Origin: Halocafeteria seosinensis
Lineage: Eukaryota
Length of the DNA: 20,000 bases
Assembly (NCBI GenBank): GCA_001687465.1
Contig: LVLI01000030.1
Coordinates: 58,222 to 78,221, forward strand
Reading direction: 5' to 3'
Shown: positions 1 to 10,425 of the stretch, one piece after another
Position numbering within the stretch: the stretch's first letter is position 1
How the letters are laid out: every line of letters starts with the position of its first letter
Program-made: the position numbers and the translations under genes
The notes under the pieces: model-generated
Databases searched by the model: none
What the model saw: the letters and a program-made list of their open reading frames with translations, nothing else
What the model was told of the DNA's origin: nothing

Positions 1-3000
1 ACATCATCCGGAATTGTTTCCAGCCGATTCCGTTCCAGGATCCTGCATTCGCAGTGACGGGTACATCAACAATGGGAAGGATCCAGGGAGAACCAACTAC
101 GGGACTCAACATACAAATCGTTTAGTTTGGTCATGTTCCACAACAGACGAGGAATCAGTTTCTCGATTCCACAGTTTCTCAGGTATCTGCGGTGAAACTA
201 CATCCTATGAACAGAGAGAGCCCATGCTCCAAACATTTCAGAATGCATGACTCACAAGTGTGTGAGTTGGCCCATAGTTGACAGTGCTTCCTGGGGAACT
301 CCATTTAGGTGATTGTTCGACAAATCTCTGTGTGTCACCAATCACATAAATGCTCCACTTCTACCATTCACAGGTAAACACGTTTACTCACAAATATTCG
401 AGGCTTTGCGCGTATTTCAGAGTCTCATTGGACAGTTCTTTTATTTTATTGTCATCGATGTCACTGAAAAAAAAAAGAGAAGCCTAGACCGGTGGATATC
501 GATCAGTGTCACCTTATATCTGCGGTCAACTTACAAGTTCTTCAAAGATGTCAAATGCTTAAAGAAATCTTTGGGAAGCTCTTCGATGTCACAGTCATAC
601 AGCTTCCTGCGTGATCCACCGCAAAAACCCTAACATGTTCCAGATATGACGCTTCTCGACTTTTCTTGAATCGCGCGTACAGAGACTCCAGTTTGGACAA
701 GCTTTCGATTACTGCCGTTGAAATGTGGTTCAAAGGGTTGTCAGCTAAATTACTGCGACAACAACCAGGAGTGAAGACGTCATTCCAAATGTTCTTACAA
801 GGAGCTACCGTGTAATGAAGCCTCCAACGTACAGGTATCGTAAGTTCGACAGTGATGCAAATATTTTGTCTGGAAGCTCCGCCAGGCGATTACTATACAA
901 TTGTCTGCATTGGACATTATATTTTTATGCCGTTCTCCATTACGTCGACGGCAGAAAGCATTAGCAGCTCAGTCAGTGCATCACTCACAGCGTCCGCAAC
1001 TGCTTCAAGTTCGTAAATATTCCTTCTGCCAATGCCTCTATAGCATTGCTCCCTAGGCTCCTGTGTGCAGCACCAATAGAGGATCATCTTGTTCATAAAA
1101 TGGTGATCAATGAACACGTTAAGTATCCTACAATTCCTCGAGACTTGGTAGGTCAGAAAAGCTAGACGAAGATACGTATCCAATGTTGTTTCGACGCAGG
1201 TCCCTGCAGCAAATGACTTTATAGTTAGCGGACTAGTATGGTCAATCAAAGTATCTTATCCCATACAATAGCTTAAGGTTTCTGCATCCCTCAAACGTGC
1301 CCCCATACACCTTGCTAAGCTCGTTCGAGTACAGTTCTCTGCACCTTCAAAAATTCATGAATACATGTAGTGTCATTCTGTTGCTGCAACTTGGGGTACG
1401 TCTCCGTACAGCTCTTTCAATTGAGTAAGGTTGCTGAATGTATAGTCTGGGATATTCTCGATCCGATTGTAATACAGCTTCCTGCAGAAAAACAAAATAT
1501 ACCAATCAACATCACTTTTTATTAAAGCTACGGCTGTCCTCTGTCTCAAACTTGAAAGTGTCGCTTTAACATACATGTACTGCAAACTTGTTGTGTCCGC
1601 AAAAAGTCCCAGAGGCAATTCACGCAGCTCGTTGTCTTGCGCGCATCTGTAAAAAGCAATACTTCGTCAATGTAGTGACGTTACAAGGTGCTCTGTAAAC
1701 CTGATGTTTAACAAACAATTGGGTTAGTTCAGTCAGTCCCCTCAGAAACGTCGAGGGTATCCTTTCGAGCTTATTTTCTTCCAAATCTCTGAGATTCAGC
1801 AGATTGCGCAGTACAAAGAAACGGAGGTACTTGGTAACCCGCATTCCCATGGATAGTCAAACACAACATACAACGACTGCAATTTTGGTGTACCAAGCTG
1901 AGCTTCTTCGGGTATGTACCGCAGAGAGTTGTATCCGAGATCCCTGTTTGCACCCGAAGATGACGTGTTTTTTTCAATTCGTCCTTTTCAATGTGTCTCT
2001 TCTCCTCGCACCGTCTCACTTACAGGTCGGTCAAATTCGGAAGTTGGGATGTTAGCGCTAGTGGAAACTCCTCAAACCCACAACTATGTAGGTTTCTGTA
2101 TGTTAGAAAACGATGTCGCAAATAGTAGTGTCCCCCCTACAGTCGATCGATGATTTACTTGAGGAGAGTGGTCTCAGAAGATACTTACAATTCTTGTAAC
2201 TGTGTCAAGGAAACGAACACTTTGTTTGGTAGCTCTTGCAATCGGTTCCCTCCGAGCCGTCTGTGAGACCATATCGACGTCACAGAGAGTTGTATTTATA
2301 CAGGCGTTGATATTACTCCGCCTTTGCCTTCTTTCAACATACAAGATCTTCAATTCAGTTGCAGGATCGAAGACCGTTTCGTCCAAATACTCCAGATGGT
2401 TAGAACCAAGATCCCTGAATCCCCCAAATTCCAGTGACATCAATCGCAGTTCAAGGGGAATATGAAGAGCTCCAACTCTCGACTGATACATATACATACA
2501 GCTTTTGTAAATGTTTCTGGTTTTGGAAAATATTACTAGGAAGTTGTTCCAGCTCGTTCGACGAAATGTCTCTGGAAAACGTTACGTTGGGCGGGTAAGC
2601 CTACAGAATACACACACACACACACACACACACCAACAGAAATATACGAAGGCCAGTCTACTCACAGTTCTATCAAGTTGTTTTGATCTTTAAATACACC
2701 GGCAGGTAAAGCTTTTAATTTGTTGTAGTCGAGGCTTCTGCACGTTGGTTTCGAACTCCATAACACGACTTCGTCCCCAGTACACACCATAGCTAGCTTT
2801 AGTTAGGACTTACAGATATTTGATTTGTGACTGTCCCTGAAACGCCGTCTCATTAATATAGACAAAATCGTCGTAGTGGAGATCACTGTACACATCATGA
2901 GACCAAACGATCAATCGTCCATCGGCAACTCGTTTTCACTGTTCCAATCAAAGCTTACACTCGTTCATCACAGTTCTTGCAAGAGCTCAACACTTTTACG

Positions 3001-3047
3001 TCACGAACAAGATTGCATTCACAATCGCAGTCATAAATATTGCAGTC
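1..3047 (-). repeat. LRR module 2 (Cys cap plus at least 20 LRR exons), an internal duplicate of module 1
   Basis: Matches 3975-6961 exon for exon. Examples: DLHYDDFVYINETAFQGQSQIKYL (2814-2885) vs DLSFNDFADINETAFKGQSQIRVL (6739-6810), and YLRNCGIEKLIPRLLWNMTKLNDL (115-186) vs NLRNCGIERILPDLFWNMTELNDL (4117-4188). Confidence 0.92.
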
Positions 3048-6000
3048 TATGGGCTCTATCGTCGGTACAGTAGGGGTTGGTGTTTTGGTCAAAGTGGGAC
3101 TGGGAGTGCGGGTGTTTGTAGGCGTTGGTGTGGGCGAAGGAGGAACTGTTCTGGTAACGCTGGGTGTTGGTGTCGGAGTTTCCGTGGGCTTGGGCTCCAT
3201 ACAAAATGGTCCTGGTTCAGCTCCGGGGTGAGGCTTGAGAAACACAGTGTTGTTGGGACAGTTTGCTTCCTCGGTTCCTGGATTGTCGTCTAAGTCTCTG
3301 CATTTCAAGATTCATATAGTGTACAGTGTAGTACGGCAGGGCATGTGAGTAAACAAATTTTTCAGCAATCTATCTTTCGACACTTACATATCGGTATAGT
3401 CGTCAAGGTTTGCGAAGATCTCACCAGGAAGATAAACGAGATCGTTGTCCCACAGATACCTGCACAGTCGGGAAAAGGAATAGTGTATATAGTAGTGAAC
3501 AACAACGCGTCGGTTGACTTCTGCTTAACTTACAAACTCGAGTGGACATTGGCCCCAGCAAATACGTCTCTCGACAAAAACCTCAAACCATTATCATTTA
3601 GATACCTGAAACGGCAAAAAGATACAAGTAGTGATTGAACGCCTCTTGGTCGATCAGATTCTCCCTCAAACTCCTTCTTACAGGTAGCTCGTGCTGGTTC
3701 CATGAAATATGTCTCCTTCAACCCTCTCTATCTGGTTGTATCCCAAGTCTCTGTATACAAAATAGAAACGTAGCCACTAGTCCAGTCCCTAATATATTCG
3801 GTACAAACGTCATTGACTCTTGGACCTACATTTCATACACACGACCAAGATCCTGGAATATCCCATCAGGAAGGGAAGTCAACATATTACGACGAAAGTT
3901 TCTGTAAGTAATCACTACCCATTGGTAAAGAAACTGATCCAGTAGTTAGAACAGAGGAAATGCATGTCACATACAGATCACTAGGATCTCGAAGCCGTTT
4001 GAAGGCATCTTTCGGAAGCTCGGTTAGTTTGTTATTGTCGAGTCGGCTGCACAGGCAATCAACCATACACTAATTCACTGGAACCAACGAACGGACATTG
4101 GCCCAATCACGCATACAGATCGTTTAGTTCCGTCATATTCCAGAACAAATCAGGAAGAATCCTTTCAATACCACAATTACGAAGATTTCTGTAGTAGATA
4201 TGAAATTGCGCGTAGTTCTTAAGAAATACGGTGGATCTTGGCGAAGGACACGTACAGGCGTTTCAGGCGAGTTAACCTCGATATATCGTTTTGCGGAATC
4301 TCTTCTAGCTTGTTGTTCGACAGATCCCTGTACGTAGGACCACACACACACATACCTCGTAGACGAGAACAACGTTGGTGTCCCAGTTCCACATACAGGT
4401 CTTCCAGGCGTTCGGCCTGCCTCAAAGTACCATTCGATAATTTCCTTAGTTGGCTGTCGCGAATCTCACTGTGCACCGGGTGTAGTGTGAACGAAAAAAG
4501 CGAGTTAGTGGAACAAAAAGTTGGGAGAATGTCACCGCAGCTTACAATTCACGCAGAGATGTCAAATCTTTGAAGAAATCTTCTGGAATCTCTTCGATAT
4601 CACAATCATATAAGCGCCTGCATGCTCGATCATTCATAAAATGGCAAGGCTTTCAATTTTGAGACTAGTATCGCTTCTGCCTCATCTTTTGGTATCAAAC
4701 GTACAGAGACTCCAACGTGGACAAGTTCCGGACTAGTTTTGTGGGAATGTGCTTCAAGGGATTGTCCCCCAAATTCCTGCAACACCAGAAATATATCAAT
4801 GCCTCAACTCTTTCGCTCATAACTAGATGCACCTCCAACGTACAGATATCGTAAGTTCGACAGCGACGCAAATATCTTGTCTGGAAGCTCCGTCAGGTGA
4901 TTATGATGCAAACGACTGCAGTTGAGATCACATTCTTGTCTGTGCGTAGGCCACACGTAGAACTTTAGTATCTTCCTCTTTACGGCACCTACAGCTTCCG
5001 CAACTGCTTCAAGGTCGTAAATGTTCCCTCGGGCAATGTTTCTATCTCATTCCCACCCAGTCTTCTGTGAAGTATTAGGACGGAATCATTTTGTGGAGAA
5101 TTCGAAAATCAATGTACAGTTTAGTGATACATTGAGTATCTTACAATTCTTCGAGACTTGATAGGTCAGAGAAGCTAGACGAAGATACGTATCCAATGTT
5201 GTTACCCCCAAGGTCCCTGCACCAAATGAATGTAATTATCATGTGATCGGTCTCAGGACTAGGATGGCCTATCAGAATACTTGATCGCATACAATAACTT
5301 AAGGTTTTTACATCCCTCAAACATGCTGGCATACACTTTGCTAAGCTGGTTTGAGCGTAGTTCTCTGCATCTCCAAACGAAAGCCAAATCAGTCAATTGA
5401 CAAATAGAGCCATTTTGCAACTGCAATATGGAGTACGTCTCCGTACAGCTCTTTCAATTGCGTCAGGTTGCTAAATGTAGAGTTGGGAACATTCTCAATC
5501 CGATTGTAATATAGGTTGCTGAAGGAAGAAACACAGACGCCCAATCACATCATATTGCGTTTGTTAAATCCGGGCCGAATCTCAAACTTGAAAGTGTCGC
5601 TTTAACATACATGTACTGCAGATTTGTTGTGTCCGCAAAAAGCCCTTGGGGTAATTTCCGCAACTCGTTGTCGTGTAAGTGTCTGTACAGTACAGTCTTC
5701 CTGGATGCAACTATGCTTCAGGCTGCACTAAACAGTGGTGTTTAACGAACATTCTTTGCAAGTGTGTTAGGTTTGCGAGAAATGCGCCATAAAACTCTTC
5801 CAGGTTGTTGTGGTCCAGGTGTCTGCCTAAAGATCATTATGCCTCTTTTCTTTCGACGCTGGGAACTCGCTTGATCATGGACTTACACCTCCTCGAGGAG
5901 TTTCGCACCCAGAGTTGTATTCTCTCCAGTAGAACGTAAGTCATTAGAGGACACGTCGCTGCAGTGAAACAGTGGTTTGAACGTCATTTCATCACAGTCT

Positions 6001-7105
6001 TTCGTTTATGAAGAATTCGAAGCGTATAGCTTACAGGTATGTCAAATTCGGAAGGTTAACCGTGAGGGCCTCTGGAAACTCTTCAAACCGGCAGCCGCTC
6101 AGGTGTCTGTAAGTCAGAAGACATATTTGATCGGTTCCAAATCCGAAAAGTAAATAACGGATCGAGAAGCTTACAGTTCTTTCAAGAAACTCAAGTGGAT
6201 GAAAATTTTCGGGGGCAGATATTGAAACCGGTTACCATTCATCGTTCTGCACAGCGACAGTGACGCAACTGACACCGGGGGCCTGAACTCTAATTCTAGA
6301 ACTGCTCACAGTGTTCTCAATTGATCTAGAGAGGAAAACGTCGTTGTATCAAGAGTGTTGATGCGATTATAGCTCACATCGCTGCACCGGCAAGAAAACG
6401 GCCAACTACTGACCGGTTTTCAGCTGAGTAACAGAAGTTTCCCATTACATACAGATGTTGAAGCGCCTCCTGGTTAAGAAAGAGGTTTTTCGGGATGTGC
6501 TCCAGGATATTATCCGAAATGTCACTGCACATCGACTACTACGAGATCTCGGGGGCCTTTGTTCACGATCACAGTCACCGAAAAGCACTTACAGTGTTCG
6601 TAATTCCGTAAGCTCTCTGAAGACCCCCTCTGGTAATTCCACAAATTCATTGTACTCAAGGTCCCTGCGCTAAATTTGGCCATGTGTGTATGTGGCCTAA
6701 AATGGAGCCCACAGAGGCGAGTTTAGGTCAACACCTACAGGACCCTTATCTGTGATTGCCCTTTAAACGCCGTCTCATTGATGTCGGCAAAATCATTAAA
6801 GCTTAAATCGCTGCTTCAGTCGATAAAAGTAGAGTGAATGTGGGTGGAGCAAGTTTGACGCCAGTATTTACGTACACTTCTTCTCCACAATTCTGACAAG
6901 AATGCAAAACCTTGCTTCCACCGATAATTGAGCAAGTGCAGTCACAGTCGTAAGTGTTACAGTCGGTCGAAAGCTCCCTTGACCTTTGTGACTGGCCGAA
7001 TCGATCAGCAGTTGCAGAAGCTGCCTCGCTTGCTTCGATGAGTAGGCTTGACGAGAGCAGCCCCAAAAGGAGAGCGTGGATGGCAATCACGGGAGTAGTG
7101 CTCAT
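1..7105 (-). CDS. Secreted/cell-surface LRR protein with two tandem LRR solenoids (46 exons in window, about 1230 aa so far, 3' end outside window)
   Basis: Exon 1 is 7105-6876 (MSTTPVIAIHALLLGLLSSSLLIEASEA...DCNTYDCDCTCSIIGGSKVLHSCQNCGEE), a hydrophobic signal peptide plus Cys cap. The 24 LRR exons of module 1 start (+ coordinates) at 6739, 6593, 6453, 6310, 6175, 6035, 5887, 5751, 5611, 5447, 5293, 5145, 4993, 4844, 4705, 4546, 4397, 4256, 4117, 3975, 3830, 3682 (69 nt), 3534 and 3388. The linker exon is 2959-3297. Module 2 has 72-nt exons at 2814, 2666, 2500, 2343, 2189, 2024, 1872, 1717, 1575, 1410, 1267, 1132, 989, 833, 681, 535, 392, 256 and 115, plus a partial exon at 1-42. All introns are GT...CAG, 63-94 nt and phase 2, and the spliced frame is open throughout. 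Repeats fit the 'typical' 24-aa LRR, e.g. SLDYNKLKALPAGVFKDQNNLIEL. Confidence 0.93.
2610..2633. repeat. (AC)12 microsatellite in an LRR-gene intron
   Basis: Perfect dinucleotide run inside intron 2572-2665. Confidence 0.95.
2959..3297 (-). other. Inter-module exon: C-terminal cap, Pro/Thr-rich linker and next N-terminal Cys cap
   Basis: 339-nt phase 2-2 exon: DLDDNPGTEEANCPNNTVFLKPHPGAEPGPFC-MEPKPTETPTPTPSVTRTVPPSPTPTPTNTRTPSPTLTKTPTPTVPTIEPI-DCNIYDCDCECNLVRDVKVLSSCKNCDERV. There is no stop codon and no new signal peptide, so the two modules are one gene. Confidence 0.9.
3388..6961 (-). repeat. LRR module 1 (Cys cap plus 24 single-LRR exons)
   Basis: 23 exons of 72 nt and one of 69 nt (3682-3750), with an exon+intron period of about 135-165 nt. 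Confidence 0.92.
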
Positions 7106-7140
7106 AGTTCGCCGCTGGCGGGAAGACCACAGGGCTCGAT

Positions 7141-7226
7141 CTGCAAGGCTAGGGATGATGCTGAATTGTCCAAAGATGTAGTGTTTCTTAGTGAATAGAA
7201 GGAAAAGGATTTCTATCACCACATAC
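7141..7226 (-). other. Possible 5' UTR intron of the LRR gene
   Basis: On the minus strand, CAG|GTATGT at 7226 and TTGCAG| at 7141 give an 86-nt intron, within the local size range, ending 35 nt upstream of the ATG at 7105. There is no coding constraint to confirm it. Confidence 0.35.
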
Positions 7227-8357
7227 CTGTGGTATAGTCAGCTGGACAAGGGGTCACGAAAGCTGGAAGGTTCGCCCTGCGAGACTGAACACACCCACAG
7301 TCGGTCTAACCACGAGTTGCATGTCGTAGTGTACAGTGCAAACTTACACAATAAGAAATAAGTTCGTTTGATTGAAAAGCGCAAGCGCAAAAGCAAGCTT
7401 GTTCTGCCACGCTGTCCAGCGCAGCATGCAGGGACAGTAAGTAATACAGCTATTAACGACGAAGATCTAGTTAAAAAATAAAAAATCGATGGCTCGTTAG
7501 TTCGCAAACTAGTCTTAGTTTCTTCTGGTTGGACAACCCAAACCGTACTTTGACGGAAGGTCGCGTAAGGGACATTTTTCTCGCACGGCCTCCGATACTG
7601 CGCTGACTACTGACTCAGTCTCAGTGTCACCAGCTGGGCGCACACAGCCGCTGCGTACGGTTGTACGCCAGGGTACGCTTAACCGTTTATCCAACACGAA
7701 CTCAAAAACCACCCGTCTCAGGCTATGTTCATATCTTGCTTCTTAGGGTGAAAGCACCCGTCACACTGCCGCATCGTTGCTTCAACTGAGCAGGCACATT
7801 GAAGAATGTTAAACATAGGGAGGAAGACCTCCCCTCGTCTACACCCTCGAGACAAACTTTTAGGATATTTCTTGCTAGACGCTTTCTTCGGATACCACAT
7901 TGTACTTACATTGTTAGAAAAGAGAGAGTCTTTGTCTGATTTCTTGAGAACATCGCACAGCCCCGGATTCTGGAGGGCAAGGGACGCTTCCTTTTTCCAT
8001 AGTCCTCCAGTGCGAGCATTCTGGATGTACATTTTCGCTCACATTCGCTACCCTACGGTATTAAGAGATGAGGGCCGCAAAACGTTTTTGGTACGCGACG
8101 ACATCGGTTAGGGTCCGAGGACGTTGCATTGCTCTTAAGGAAATTAGTTACGTCACACTTTGGCTTTACTGAGTTTACTCCCAGGTTGACTTTCGAACGA
8201 CGTTTCCGCTTCAAAAACTTTCACAGAAACTTCGTCCTTCAGGACAACTTTTCGAATAAGTATACGCATTTTAATAGCACAATTGCCTTTTGGTAAATGC
8301 ACTCTTTGTCTCTTTTCGCTTTGCCATTTTTAGGAATACTTCGCAGAAACACTAAAG

Positions 8358-10241
8358 ATGAATCGGCACGAGCGCCAAAGACGTTTGTATAGATGCTACC
8401 TATCGTGGTTCGTCAACCATTCGGTTCAAGGTGGCCTCAGCAATGACGACTATGTGGAGGTACTACGGTGCATCTGCTGCGAAAGTCGACCTCCTACTAC
8501 AAGAGAAGACGAACTCGCGAAACTCGAAAGCATTTTGAAGAAGTATCCCCCTGGATTATGCAACTATCTTACCGTAAGGGTGAGTAGCTATATATTTCTG
8601 TGCTTCTCTACCCATTCGTTTGTGCAGTATGAGTAGAAACAATGCCATCGTGATTTATGAGGAATCTTTGTCGGAGACTCGGAGTCCTCTTGGCATCTTC
8701 ATCTCTGCCCCGGCTAATTGGCACAGTCTGTGCTTTTGTCCCTTTATTGACATCACAGGCGAGCAGGGATACATTTGAGGAGCAAGCATCGGAGGATGAC
8801 AAAGCGCAAGCCACGGAAACACAGCTTAACCAGAGAAAGCGATATCCCTCGACTGTCCTGTATAGATTCGAAAGACAGGGTACCACACTCTTTAATTTTG
8901 CCGCTGGAAGAAGTCCACACCGGAGAGAGGTATTATTAGGTATCCTCGTGAAAGATGAGATCGGTGGAGATCCCCAAATACCAGACAGAGTAAGCAAGGT
9001 GAATGGTCCAATGGGCTGTAAATCACATTTACCGGCACGAAACGTATATTGACTTGTCTTTGCCCTCAGAATCCTCCCTATTTTACCTCCTTGCATTATG
9101 TTTGCGAGGATCTTTACAAAAGCTCGCTTGCTGCATTTCTTATTTCATACGGAGCCTGCCTTAAAGCCACAACATGTGTACGCGGACGTTGTTAGTATTT
9201 TGGACGGGAGTTTCCTCTCTAAAACCCTTGCTGTACTGGTTGTGCAGCGAGGCGTGACTCCTCTCCATTATTCACACGTATCGAATGTCGATTTGTTGCT
9301 TGGAAAGAAGACGGAAGTGAGTGTACAGTACAATTTGTTAAGTATCTGGCTTTACGCATTTCACCAAGCTCTGTGCTTTTTGCGCCTGTCGTTCGTATCG
9401 TATGTGATTAACGTTTAGCAGAGTCAGGAAACCAGGGAAACTCCCGGAGGCACCCAGCGAGCAGTTTGTCGTTGCCACAAGGGACAGAGTATCGCCTGCG
9501 ATGTTGACGCTCGAACCACCGTATGTATCCTGTAATGTATAAACAGCTCAGGACTGGTGCTGACTGTTCAGTGTGTGTAGAGATGCAGTTCCTCGAAACA
9601 CCTTTACATATCGCAGCATTGAGGGGGCACGTGGCTCAGGTTGATAAATTGATCGGATATGGTGCGGATGTGAACGCCCAAAGGAAGGTAAGGATATAGA
9701 TGCTTCCGCCGGAACAGCTTCAAATATGCTCGAGACTCATCTCGGGACACTATTGGTAATATCATACCACTACTGTTTGTGGATGACAAGTTGCTCTCAA
9801 CAACGCTAGGAATTTACCCGGTCTGCTTTGGAACCGTTGTCAATACTGCAGAACGGGGATACACCTCTGCATCTAGCCGTGTCCAAGGGACAGTCCGAAA
9901 TCGTTAAGAAATTAATCGGCACATATGGAGCAGACGTGGGGATGCAAAATAAGGTACCAAGGATAAAAGATACTGCCCCAAAAAATGATTTCTATACCGC
10001 AGTCACTGATTCGTTGGTACAGAAAGGGCAAATCCCCGAGGACCTTATAAAGACGGGTTGTTGCATCCCAACTGGGGTAGAAAACTATTTTGCTCAGCTC
10101 GCTTTTGAAAGGGAGACGAAGATAGCTAAGGGTTCGAAACGAAATATAAGGAAGCAGAACCTGAAACCCACTCTCTCCAAAATCGACGAATCTATCGGGA
10201 ATAGGGTTACAAAGAGGAGGCGCCTAGGAACAAACAAATAA
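8358..10241 (+). CDS. Ankyrin-repeat protein (about 382 aa, 8 exons) with a basic C-terminus
   Basis: Model: 8358-8579, 8759-8989, 9070-9177, 9248-9316, 9422-9520, 9589-9687, 9852-9953, 10023-10241. All introns are GT-AG and phase 0, and the frame is open. Clear ANK repeats: FLETPLHIAALRGHVAQVDKLIGYGADVNAQRK and NGDTPLHLAVSKGQSEIVKKLIGTYGADVGMQNK. Weaker repeats: NPPYFTSLHYVCEDLYKSSLAAFLISYGACLKATTC, RGVTPLHYSHVSNVDLLL and GTTLFNFAA. The first exon/intron and the exon 4 donor are less certain. Confidence 0.75.
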
Positions 10242-10425
10242 GTGTACGGCACGTTGGTTTCCAGCTGCCAAGTTGCAATGCCAACCCAAATGTTGCAGGG
10301 TATGATTTAAAAACTCATTTTTCATCCGCTGTTTCTTGCACAGCAGAGGGCATACTAGTACGCTCGTCCTTTCCTGCTGGAGCACTGCACGCTACAACTT
10401 AATCGAGTACGAACAGCATTCTGAA

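Noticed and set aside
14..6673. Plus-strand ORFs and short minus-strand ORFs over the LRR gene
   Set aside because: These are antisense shadows or exon-plus-intron read-throughs of the spliced LRR gene.
1..6810. CRISPR-like or DNA tandem array suggested by the approximately 150-nt periodicity
   Set aside because: There are no identical direct repeats. The period is fully explained by 72-nt coding exons plus GT-AG introns.
3388..7105. Two separate tandem LRR genes
   Set aside because: Exon 2959-3297 joins the modules in frame with no stop, and the second module has no start codon or signal peptide.
7238..8111. ORFs between the LRR and ankyrin genes, including Cys-containing 7718-8032 (-)
   Set aside because: No recognisable domain and no consistent spliced model. 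A small gene or remnant cannot be excluded.
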